From contig NC_057718.1 of assembly GCF_004010195.1 (NCBI RefSeq), positions 66,163,351 to 66,227,350 on the forward strand: a stretch of DNA of 64,000 nucleotides, in the 5' to 3' direction. The DNA comes from Chiloscyllium plagiosum. Taxonomy: Eukaryota. The notes below the pieces were generated by a model. That model saw only the letters and a program-made list of their open reading frames with translations, was not told where the DNA came from and made no database searches. Shown here in pieces: positions 1 through 10,711 of the stretch (the first letter of the stretch is position 1; every line of letters begins with the position of its first letter). Position numbers and translations under genes: made by a program.

Positions 1-32
1 TATTATTCTTACAGACAGCTGAGATCTTTTCT

Positions 33-327
33 TTAGATTAGATTACAGTGTGGAAACAGGCCCTTCGGCCCAACAAGTCCACACCGACCCGCCGAAGCGC
101 AACCCACCCATACCCCTACATTTACCCCTTACCTAACGCGACGGGCAATTTAGCATGGCCAATTACCTGACCTGCACATCTTTGGGCTGTGGGAGGAAAC
201 CGGAGCACCCGGAGGAAACCCACGCAGACACAGGGAGAATGTGCAAACTCCACACAGTCAGTCACCTGAGGCGGGAATTGAACCCGGGTCTCTGGTGCTG
301 TGAGGCAGCAGTGCTAACCACTGTGCC
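33..327 (-). mobile_element. HE1/V-SINE-type tRNA-derived SINE
   Basis: Minus strand reads GGCACAGTGGTTAGCACTGCTGCC (A box)...GGTTCAATTCC (B box)...TGTGTGGAGTTTGCAC core, with a tail seen as (TAGAT)n on plus; multiple copies in window. Confidence 0.85.
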
Positions 328-1143
328 TCCCTTTCTATCCTTCCTGTAGCATTTGTATCCTGGAACATTAAGCTGCCACTCCTGCCCATCCCTGAGCCAT
401 GTTTCTGTAATTGCTATGATATCCCAGTCCCATGTTCCTAACCATGCCCTGAGTTCATCTGCCTTCCCTGTTAGGCCCCTTGCATTGAAATAAATACAGT
501 TTAATTTATTAGTCCTACCTTGTCCCTGTCTGCCCTGAGAGGAGGGGGAGTAGCATTTTTGATAAGGCATTTTGATAAGCTGTGCTGAGGGAGGATATTC
601 CCGGAAATACGTCCAGAGAAGTTATTTGGGTGGAACTGAGAAATAAGAAAGGGATGATCACCTTATTGGGATTGTATTATAGACCCCCCAATAGTCAGAG
701 GGAAATTGAGAAACAAACTTGTAAGAAGATCTCAGCTGTCTGTAAGAATAATAGGGTAGTTACGGTAGGAGATTTTAACTTTCCAAACATTGACTGGGAC
801 TGCCATAGTGTTAAAGGTTTAGATGGAGAGGAATTTCTTAAGTGTGTACAAGACAATTTTCTGATTCAGTATGTGGATGTACCTACTAGAGAAGGTGCAA
901 AACTTGACTCACTTCTGTTCTCAGCTGTACCTGTCTCAGATCGATCTCTTTCCTCACTATCTCCCTGGGTCGTCTCCCCCCCCACCTTACTAGTTTAAAT
1001 CCTCCCAAGCAGTTCTAGCAAATTTCCCTGCCAGTATATTAGTCCCCTTCCAATTTAGATGCAATCCTTCCTTCTTGTACAGGTCATTTCTACCCCAAAA
1101 GAGATTCTAATGATCCAAAAGTGTGAATCCTTCTCCCATACAC
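328..1143 (-). mobile_element. CR1 LINE fragment (ORF1 end / ORF2 endonuclease start) with an internal opposite-strand segment at 538-910
   Basis: Minus: LNCIYFNARGL..IIAITETWL; plus 582-998: WVELRNKKG..YYRPP..GDFNFPNIDW; minus ~990-1140: LYKKEGLHLN..GTNILAGKF. Confidence 0.85.
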
Positions 1144-3195
1144 TTCCTTAGACCTTGACAGCCGACTGGGTGATCAGCAGCACCTGGTATGGTCCTTCCC
1201 ACTTTGCACCTAAGGGTTCCTGATGGGTCTTTTTCTCAAGAACCCACTCATCTGGTACAATGTTGTGATATCCTTCCAGCCAGTCTTTCCAGGCAGTCGA
1301 TACCTGCGAGGAAGCAGAACTTACAGCATCGGTTAGTACTTTGCAATGGGACAATAGGGTGACACTCATAAGATGACACTTGGCAGCATAGTGGGAGTCT
1401 GTGTAAAAGTTGGCAGACTGATCCTCTGCTGTTCCACAGACTTCAGTCAGAGCCTGTAATTCTGTTGTCTGTGCTGATGCTCTCGGGAGGTAGGCTTCAC
1501 GAAGTTATGACAGTGTGGAGTGTCGTGAAAGCACATCCGAGCCACAGAAAATGGGGGAGATACTAAATGAATATTTTGCATCAGTATTTACTGTGGATCT
1601 GCAGTTAATGTCCATTCCCCATTTGCCTTTCACACGGCCCACTTTGGGCTGTTATAAATGCTGTGGGTTTTCATCAAAATCCCTTTTTCCTGCTTGGCAC
1701 AAGGTGAAGATGTTCTTGTAAAAGTTGTAGGTTCCATTTTCAGTAACTTGCAGTCATCTTTGTTTTTAGCACAAATGATCTTTTAATTATTCCCTTTGTA
1801 GGGTTCAGATGGACCATGTTACCTGTCCATCATCGAAATGTAAAGAGGAATTCAGCTGGGTGAGGAGATCAATCCTGAGGAGTGGGCTACAGGTCCTAAC
1901 CATATAAAGGTTACTAACTCATGGGGGCAAAATTCAAGGTGTATGGGTTAGGTCCATTTGATTTCATGTTCCATAAGCTGTCCTCATTGCCCTGTCTAGT
2001 GGGAATTTAGTCTCATACCTCTGGAGTAGGCATGTTAATTCTGCTCCTGTGTCCAAAAGGCACTCAGTGTCAAGGTTGCCCACCCTCATGGTCATATATA
2101 GTCCACCTCCCCTCTGCTGGCATAAAGCCAGTAGGAGCATAGAGAGGCACAGGGCGGGCTCTTACAGTGTTTTTTGTCAACTTTAGAAGCTTCTGCTGCT
2201 GCTGGATGGTTAGTTTTTTTAAACTGTTCTCAGAGATTTGTCCTGCTACTGGGGTCTCCTCTTCCTTGTTGTTTTTAATCGGACGACGTTTCCCTTTTTC
2301 CCTTTGCCAGCACCTCCTGACCTAGTGGCCTTCCTTCCCACAGGCGTAACATTTCCCTGGGCATTTGTCTTGGATCTTCCTGGAGTTACTGAGGGTTTGT
2401 CCCATTTGTTCCATCTGTCGGGCTTGCATTTTTGGACCCATATCTCTATCAAGCTGTTGGGCTCAGTCCACTAAGTCATAGTAATTAGTACCCCTCTGGT
2501 CCCAGTCTGGTTCAGTCAGCTTTAACATTTTAGTGAGCTCAGGTTTAAGTCTGGCCACAAAAGCAGACTTTAATGGACCATAATCTCAACCTTCAAAATT
2601 CCTGTCATCCTGCACATTGGAGCTTCTTTCCAGGTTGTCCTCAACTTTTGCTGATGTTCTGTGAGCTTCTCTGTGGGTTTTTGGCAGCAAGCTGTTGTTG
2701 AATCAGTTTTATGCTGACAATACCACTGTAACCACTGTTTTATTGCTGCCCAGCAAGCTCACAGCTCCTGCTCGTACTCTCCAAGAGCACCTTTGACTTC
2801 CTCGTGGAAGTTGTGTCTTTCTCTTATGGTAACAATCACATTCAGAATTTGTACCCTGTCCCAGGAATGGAGTGTATATATTCCCTTTAACCGGTCTAGA
2901 TTTCCCATGACTTCTTTGGCCCCTTCTTTGGGTGAGGCATTTCTTTAGACCACCTGTCTATATTCTCAGGGGTCACAGGTCCATGCACAGTGTGCATTTC
3001 AGTCCATAGTACCAGAACATCCACCTCAGTGCCATCCTCTAATCTCTGCCTGACCACTTTACTTTCCTAGTTTTTAGGAGTCATATAAGTGGTGCTGGGG
3101 ATGTACAGTCCTTATTGCTTTCACTGCTAGAGTCCCTCTGTTTCCCAAGGGCGATAGCTTGGGTTTTTCCGAATCACTTTGTGGATGTCTCAGGT

Positions 3196-3401
3196 CGAGA
3201 CTATAGTACTGGAATAGCACAGCAGGTCATTCAGCATCCAAGGAGCAGGAGAATCGATGTTTCGGGCATAAGCCCTTCATCAGAAGGCTTATGCCCGAAA
3301 CGTTGATTCTCCTGCTCCTCGGCTGCTGTCTGACCTGCTATGCTTTTCCAACATTAAACTCGTGAATCTGATCTCCAGCATCAGCAGTCCTCACTTTCTC
3401 C
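3196..3401. mobile_element. Palindromic Penelope-terminus insertion with hammerhead-like core
   Basis: Inverted arms; minus-strand CTGATGA-A-GGGC-TTAT-GCCC-GAAAC-ATC at 3256-3283; 14-bp TSD TGGATGTCTCAGGT (3182-3195, 3402-3415). Confidence 0.8.
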
Positions 3402-4110
3402 TGGATGTCTCAGGTGGATGGGTACATATTCTGTGTGGGCTTGGGAACCGGGGAAGAAACTGACAGTATTGTTATCTTGCTCTTCAGTTTCTTGTTCTCT
3501 TTTCCAAGCCCCTGATTTTTAAGGTGAGCTGTTTCCTGTTTGGATCTTCCTTTCTGCAGCTGTTAATTGCTTTTAATTGCTCTTTAAATTGGGTTACTTC
3601 ATGATCATGGGTTGATTGGGACATGACTTCACTTTTCTGGCAAATTTGTCCCATTAATGAAAGGGACCATTAAATTCTGTCTTTATTTTTCTGTCGGGTG
3701 GTTTTTTTTTTCCCCAAGACCCATTTCATGTCATCTGGGGGCCACTGTCCTTGGGCTATAATATGCTGCTGCTGATTTTGGTTCGGGTCTTTCCTCACAA
3801 AAAGTGTACCTCAAGGTAGTTCTGCAACTGCCTCAACATTTCTTCCTCAGTTATGTCAGGAGGGCTAGCTCACGTCTGGACATCATAGGCAATTTCAGGG
3901 TCACTCATGATCATCCTAATTCACGCACCATGGTAAATTTCCTGTGATTGACTACGTTAATCGACCTGAGGTCTGAATGCGGGGGATTCGAAATTAAACA
4001 GTCAACTCACTAAAGGTTCAGGATCACATTCAGCAATGAGATCATGATTCTAAGAAGAAAGCTTCTTACCCTCAAAGAACTGTCAGTGATGTTTAGACAG
4101 TGTCCCCAGT

Positions 4111-4130
4111 GATCCTGCCCAACTTTTCCA
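4111..4130 (-). promoter_or_regulatory. Putative ERV primer-binding site (degenerate, tRNA-Ser-like)
   Basis: Minus strand ...ACA-ATT-TGGAAAAGTTGGGCAGGATC resembles TGGCGTAGTCGGCAGGAT and lies just downstream of an LTR-like ...CA end. Confidence 0.5.
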
Positions 4131-4272
4131 AATTGTCGAATCATGTTCAAAAATGACCAAAATCGGTGAGTGGTGAAAATAGCCTCTTTTATTCAGCAAC
4201 TGCAAGTAACACTAGTTTGAGGAGGCAATAGAATCCCAAAATGCAGTTCTTATAAGCGCCCTTTACACACAG

Positions 4273-4580
4273 TTAGAATCTCAGTAGTGTGGAAACAGGC
4301 CCTTCCGCCCAAGTCCACACAGACCCTCTGAAGAGTAGCCCACCCAGACCTATTCCCCTACCCTATATTTACCCCTGACTAATGCACCTAACCTGCACAC
4401 TCCTGGCAATTTATCATGGCCAAATCACTTAACCTGCATATCTTTGGATTGTGGAAGGAAACAGGAACACCCAGAGGAAACCCACGCAGACACAGGGAGA
4501 ACGTGCAAACTCCTGGAATCGAACTTGGGTCCCTGGTGCTGTAAGGCAGCAGTGCTAACCACTAAGCCACCATGCTGCCC
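4273..4580 (-). mobile_element. HE1-type SINE
   Basis: Similar to 33-327. Confidence 0.85.
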
Positions 4581-5333
4581 TATATACATATATGTGTTCT
4601 TGTATTCTTACATATATTAAAATTACATTGCTATGGTGTTACATTTTTAATCTATAGTACACAAAGGTTTGAGGGTCTTCTGTCCTGAGAGATAAGAGTT
4701 AGGTTAAAACGTGCTAAGTGCTGGCTGTTGCTTCTCTTGGGATTAAGAGTGTCTGTCCAGTCTGCGTGCATAATCAAGAGATGTTAGTCCTTTTGTCTTT
4801 TAAGTTACTAAGTGTTAGTAAAATTACTAAGCCTATGTGCTCTAAATTAGTTAGAAATTGTACCTAAACTTAATAAAAGAATAAATGATAATAAACTGAT
4901 TATTGCAGCTGGATTCTGAGATTTGTTTTACTATTTGCCGGTGTGAGTTTCATTCATTCATGCAATTTCATGGAAGCACTGTTTTGTCAGTTAGTTTCTT
5001 AAAGGGCTAATTGCCCAGTTAAAAGGTATTTAACAAGTAATGTACATACTACTTGGGGAAACTGGTGTTCTGTAATCTATTAGGTCATGGAAATTGTTGG
5101 TAAGGGTTGATTAATATTATAATGTTTCGTGGAGACTTGATGGGGATGGTATTGTTTATGATATTGACACTTATTTGGAGATAGCAAGGGCTGATGAGAT
5201 GCAGTAACGGGTTTAATAAGGTTGCTTTGATTAGAGAAGATTGTTTTAAATTTGGTCTATCTTATGATAGTAAAATATACTCCAGAACCGCAGTTTTATA
5301 AATGAATGAATGTAACCATGTTATAATAAAGTC

Positions 5334-5440
5334 AAGATTAAAGTGGTGCTGGAAAAGCACAGCAGGTCAGGCAGCATCCAAGGAGCAGGAAAATCAACAT
5401 TTCAGGCAAAAGCCCTTCTTCAGGCCCAAAATGTCGGTTT
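5334..5440 (-). mobile_element. Penelope-terminus fragment
   Basis: GTGGTGCTGGAAAAGCACAGCAGGTCAGGCAGCATCC...AGCCCTTCTTCAGG, same family as 3196-3401. Confidence 0.7.
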
Positions 5441-5669
5441 CATAAAGAATTATGAATGAATGAACGGGAACACGGTATTAATGAATATGCTGAGCTGGTG
5501 AGTAAGTTAGTAAAGATGACCTAACACACAATATTCTCACAACTGGTTTGATGATTCCTTCACTTTTGATTTCTGTCTCTACTTTTGCTCATAAGGCAAA
5601 TGGCACTAGGTGGACGTTGCAGAATCATGGAATTTCTTCCTGGTCAATGCCTTGACTCCTCTGATATTC

Positions 5670-5863
5670 TGCAGCAGGTCAGGCAGCATCCAGGGAACAG
5701 GAGAATCGACATTTCGGGCATAAGCCCTTCTTCAGGAATGGCCTGAAGAAGGGTTTATGCCCGAAATGTCGATTCTCCTGTTCCCTGGATGCTGCCTGAC
5801 CTGCTGCGCTTTTCCAGCAACACATTTTCAGCTCTGATCTTCAGCATCTGCAGACCTCACTTT
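5670..5863. mobile_element. Palindromic Penelope-terminus insertion with hammerhead-like cores on both strands
   Basis: Near-perfect ~65-bp inverted arms; CTGAAGA..GAAA..GTC at 5743-5770 (+) and 5708-5735 (-); TSD CTCCTCTGATATTC (5656-5669, 5864-5877). Confidence 0.8.
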
Positions 5864-6890
5864 CTCCTCTGATATTCCGTAGACCCTCCTGGAAGACTTC
5901 CCAATATTTAATTAGGACTTCACTCTGGCAGCCATTTTCTAATTAAAAAATGTTGAGTCAGTCTAGATGAATCTCTCACAACCAATTTCACCCCATAATG
6001 CTTAGGCTTGAGCCTTTTGCTACAATCACTGGTAACTGAATCAGCTGCTTTTCATAAGAAACCAGAAGTTGTACCCTTAATGTGTAAAGAGTCCCTGGTA
6101 TAAGTCTCATCTAGCTGAGGTCTTCCACAAAGCTAAAGGCTGGAGTTCAGAGCAAATTTTATTAAAAACTGGTTCAGCGATCACTGAAATAGCTGTGCTG
6201 GTATTGACCTCCATTAAAACCAGGCATTTTCTTAAACAATTTAACCGTTCCAAACCAAATGTAGGTAAACTTAGCAGACTGTGAACTCTCTTGGTTCTGG
6301 GCCTATGAGTTGTCTTACTCAATTTAGGTCTCGTAGGACTGTCTTGAGTCTGCATACATGTAGCAATTACAGTGACTTGCTGGCCAAGATCCTGAAGAAA
6401 GTTTAAACTGTTTGGCCGGAGCTTGGGTTGGTTTTGTGTGGGCCGACCTAGAGTCCCTCTGTTCAGGATACTTCGTGAGTGAGGCTATGCAATTACCTTC
6501 ACTCAAGTAGTGTTCCCCCAGCTCAGTTAGACTGGCAAGGGTGTCTACTTCCATCAGAATACCCTGCAACTCACTTACCACATTTTCCAATGATAAAGCT
6601 AGTTGTAGTGCCTGGTTGAAGTCCAATTGCGGTTTCAGCTGGTAGGCATTTTTGCTTAGTTACATCATTAATTCCACTCTCGTTGCCATTGACATAACTC
6701 CACAGAGGCTAAGTATCCTGTCACCAAGTCCTTTATTTTGACATGAACAGTCCTTGACTTTAGTACCGCCTCATTCAGAGTTAGACACCAGAGTTTCAGT
6801 ATCTCTGACACTCACCCTTCTTGTAAATCAGCCAGGGTTCTTTCACTGCACCAGTTTAACAGCCACAATCAGTGAATTCATATTCTATGA

Positions 6891-7111
6891 GAAACAAAAA
6901 CAGAAGTTGCTGGAAAAGCTCAGCAGGTCTGGCAACATCTATGAAGAGAAATCAGCTCCCGTGCCCCTTCTTCAGAATCCTTCCTCAGGAATACTGGACC
7001 CAAAATGTTAACTTTGATTTATCTTCACAGATGCTGCCAGACCTGCTGAGCTTTTCCAGCAACTTCTAGTTTTGTTTCTGATTTACAGCGCCCAAAGTTC
7101 TTTCAGTTTTC
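6891..7111. mobile_element. Palindromic insertion, second (probably Penelope-terminus) family
   Basis: Arms AGAAGTTGCTGGAAAAGCTCAGCAGGTCTGGCA / TGCCAGACCTGCTGAGCTTTTCCAGCAACTTCT; imperfect flanking repeat ATTCATA.TC.ATGAG. Confidence 0.65.
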
Positions 7112-7779
7112 ATTCATAATCGATGAGGTGGAGCTGGCTGACTTTGTGAGAATTATTACATGGATTTTACAGCAAAATGCACAGAGATGCATCTGAGAAC
7201 CTTTTCTCCCTCAGTGACACTCCATCTGCCCAGTAACTGTCTCGCTTTTGGCTTTTCTTTTTAACTCCACACTGATATCTTTAAATAATGAAGCTTCAAT
7301 AGTCATGTGCAGTGATTACCACACTCACCCTCTGTAAGTGGTCTGGAAACTGGAAAGTGAGATTCTAATATCGTAGATTGGTTAAAAAGCTAATTACCCC
7401 ATTGCCCAAATGTCTGACTTCTTGGCCTGTTTTAAGCCCCTAGTCTGTGAGACAGTCAAAATGTTAAAATACAACCATTTGCATGAGATCTGTAGTACAA
7501 TTGGGGTATTTATATGCATCAGCAAGTGTTAATAGGTTTACAGAATAGAAAGTATGGAGATGGAGAAGACAGAAATGTCAGTTTTTCCACAATGAAGTGA
7601 ATCCTGACAGTATCTTGGCTTCCACATTTTGTCCAGCTACTTACTGCACATGCATTGAGCTCCCTGTTATTCATGGCCAAGAGCCGAGTCTAGAGGGAAG
7701 GAGAGGGACAAGATTGTATAGCCGGAAAGGAAATGGGGGAAACAATGTCATCCAGCCTAACAAAAGAGGGAACTCCGAT

Positions 7780-8490
7780 CTGTCTTCCCATCTGGATTAT
7801 TTGCTGTCCATCTTCTCTTTATGTCTGGATCACATTCTACTTACTTGTCTGCTCTGATGTCCTGTCACCTTCTCTCATCACCTAATCTCCATCAGATTTC
7901 TTGCCTGATCTCTTTAATACCACCCCATCACAAAGCCTGTAACCCCATTTTATCTCTGAAGCTCTACCTTATCTTTTGTTCTTTCTGCTTTCCAATTTCC
8001 TATCCCCTGATCCCCTGTAGCTCCCTCTGATTTTCTCATCTCTCTCCAGTTGCTTGGTCTTCCCTCCAAACTCCTATCCCACATTCCAACCTTCTAATAC
8101 TTAACTTCCCATCACTTAACCCATTGTAATATCTTATTCTCCCCTGTGATCTTTATCTCTCACTTTCTGATCACCTGTCATCCCCAGCAACCATTTATTC
8201 CATTGTAACCTGCCCCACTGATCCCCTGACCACAATCCCCAAACCTCCCTGCTTCCTTATCCTCCGTGATCTCTTGTACTATTATTTTGCCCTATTCCTC
8301 CCCTGGTATTCTGTCCGACACCTTCAATTGATTATATCCTTCTTCACCTTGTTCTCCTTCTGATCTCCAGTCTCTAGTTCTTTTTACCTTTCTGTCTCCT
8401 GTTCCTCACTGACCTTTTGTCATCTACCTGATCTAACCTTCAGATTGCTTCCCAACTCCTGTCCTCCCTCTGTTCTCTTGACTTCTTCTA
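7780..8490. repeat. Pyrimidine-rich low-complexity tract
   Basis: Strong C/T bias with recurrent CCTGATC/TGATCT words. Confidence 0.7.
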
Positions 8491-8659
8491 GTCAAGCAGC
8501 AAGTTAATAAAAAGAAGCTACAAAAACAAAGAAATTTACATCAGACTGCAAGCTTCAGCTAAATACCTATGGTGCTGCAAGATCAGCTGCAAAGTGCAGT
8601 TGTAGTTAGAGGGAAGATCAACACTGTGTTCAGATTGCAAATGCCGTGCCAACAGTCAC

Positions 8660-8920
8660 AACGTATTTATATTAGACTGTTCATGACCTCAAAAGGTCCC
8701 AAAGTGCTTTATAGCTGTGAAGAACTGCTATATTGTCAAAAGCATGGAAGCCTATTTGCACCCAACAAGATCCTACAACAGTAAAATGGTCATGATCAGA
8801 TAATCTGCTTCTGTTGATATCAGATGAAGGACAAATATTACCAGAACTAGTTAGGAGTTCTCTTGCAAAGTAGTGTTCTTACAGACAGGACATTGGTTTA
8901 ACGCATAAACGAGAATATGG
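8660..8920 (-). mobile_element. Old SINE fragment, DeuSINE-like
   Basis: CCCAAAGTGCTTTA...TTTGCACCCAACAAGATCCTACAACAG...CAGATAATCTG resembles the Deu-domain SINE core; related fragment near 13490-13620. Confidence 0.4.
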
Positions 8921-8967
8921 GACTTTGTTCCCTGATACATTCCCCATAGCAATGCTTTGATCAAATA

Positions 8968-9092
8968 GTCATGATTTAGAGCTACCGGTGTTGGACTGGG
9001 GTGTACAAAGTTAAAAATCACACAACACCAGGTTATAGTTAATTGGAAGCACACTAGCTTTCGGAGCGATGCTCCTTCACCACCAGGTGGCA
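8968..9092 (-). mobile_element. Penelope-terminus fragment, third family
   Basis: Minus strand ..GTGA-AGGAGC-ATC-GCTCC-GAAAGCTA (degenerate hammerhead); related copies at 17317-17518 and 51794-51915. Confidence 0.6.
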
Positions 9093-9242
9093 GCAGTTGT
9101 CCAATTAGTGCAGTCACATTAAAGGATGATATTTTTCTTTTTAAAAAATATTATTATACCTCTTTTCCTGCATAGTCAATAAATTACTGACATAGCACAT
9201 CCTATAGGATTGCAAATTTAAAACTAATTTATTTCAGAATTT

Positions 9243-9570
9243 AGCATGGTGGATCTGTGGTTAACACTGCTGCTTCACAGCACCAGGGACCTGGGTTCAA
9301 TTGCAACCTCGGGTGACTGTGTGGAGTTTTCACATTCTCCCCGTGTCTGCGTGAATTTCCCTTTGGGTACTCCAGTTTTCTCCCACATCCAGAGATGGAC
9401 AGATTAGGTGACTTGGCCATGCTGAATTGCCCATAGTGTTCAGGGATGTATAAATTAGTTGCATTTGTCAAGGGTAAAATGTAAGGGATTGTGTCTGGGT
9501 GGGTTACTCTTCGGAGGATTGGTGTGGACTTGTTGGGCCAAATGGTCTGTTTCCACACAGTAGGGATTAA
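9243..9570 (+). mobile_element. HE1-type SINE
   Basis: A/B boxes and TGTGTGGAGTTTTCAC core. Confidence 0.8.
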
Positions 9571-10711
9571 ATTTCATGAATTGATCAATGATTGAAAAGA
9601 AAAATATACACTCTCTTTTTTGCCTGCTGTGCTGTAATCACACAAAATAATGTAGCTATCTTCCAATAGATGTGTCTAATGTGTTTCCAAGAAATGGTGT
9701 GCTGAGTGAAAGCATGTTAAGTGAAAATAATTTTGCAAGGTGTTTGTAATAAAGTCAATTTACGTTTCTACTCTAGACAGAGTGCTGCTCAATGCCTTCC
9801 TCCCTGTTCATTGAACTGCACCAGATGCAGTATGCGCTATCTTAAAAATCAACACACCACTGAGAAAATTGCCAGAAATTTTCCTTATAACAGCAGAAAA
9901 TACATTTACAGGACTGCGAGTGGTTCTGGCTGCTGCATAGTCTCAATATGATCTAGAAGTATTCAAGTTGGAGAATAGGGCTGAAATCTGGCAGCTGCAA
10001 GGCATGCACTGAGACCTGGTAGGGTACACTAGCCTGAGCTTAAACTGTCTCCCTCAGTAGTGACATGAGGTTAACCTGAGCCACCACCACTTTGAGAGTG
10101 GGTTGCTGTGAGCTGGGCTGAGTTTGAGGTTCTGTGTGACAGGGACAGGAAAACAGGGATGTCATCAGCCAGGAACCAGCAGCTCACTGTGCGCTGTACT
10201 GTAGTTTTAAAAGTTCAGATAGTTGTGAAAGTTGAAATCATTGAAACTGAAATAAAATTTTGGTCAATACAGGCACGGTAATAACTTATTTAGCATGCTA
10301 AATCAAAAATCAAAAAGCTAAGTGGTGATGTTATATATTCACAAGCTAACAATTGTAAAATGAATATATATCCTGGGGTGCTATATTTTATGGCTGTCCT
10401 GTGGTCATGTGTCAGTCTATCAATCTATCAACCACATGGAAGCAGCAAGAACTACACAAGATGAAACTTCAGCATTTTGAGTGATCATCCCATACCTTAA
10501 GGCAACTAAAAGACATAACATAATTTGGAAAGTTACATATTTTAAAAACTGCTCTCTTCTCTAATTGTGGGGATTGCAGTGGTAATAAAGTAACTGCATG
10601 AAGGCTGGTATCCTGTCACCCTTTCTTTACACGTGCATAGTACATTACACTGATCCGGCTAGCTTAGAGCTAACTCCTAAAATTAGCAGAACCCCTCACA
10701 TTCCTGTTTAT

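Larger units (their letters stand above)
1144..4130 (-). mobile_element. Endogenous retrovirus internal region (gag-pro-pol remnant, heavily deleted)
   Basis: Minus-strand translation: gag CYACGKEGH*VRRC (~2310-2351); protease CLLDTGA (~2042-2062) and PLLRIDLLTQL; RT start GILMKTHSIYNSPKWAV*KANGEW (~1610-1685); RNase H SAQTTELQAL..NFYTDSHYA (~1385-1480); integrase tail WEGPYQVLLITQSAVKV (1148-1200). Confidence 0.85.
4134..5541 (-). mobile_element. Probable ERV 5' LTR (interrupted; outer end uncertain)
   Basis: Minus-strand AATAAA near 4190 and TATAA near 4252 upstream of the PBS; AT-rich U3-like stretch interrupted by a SINE and a Penelope-terminus fragment. Confidence 0.4.
5585..7160 (-). 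mobile_element. Gypsy LTR retrotransposon remnant (5' LTR, PBS, gag/protease)
   Basis: LMEVNTSTAISVI (degenerate MEVDTGA.VSVI), DFNQALQLALSLE; PBS-like TGGCAACGAG at 6679-6688; LTR-like 6692-7160 similar to 10590-11685. Confidence 0.65.

Noticed and set aside
33..327. tRNA-like A/B boxes as tRNA genes
   Set aside because: They are heads of multi-copy SINEs and lack a full cloverleaf.
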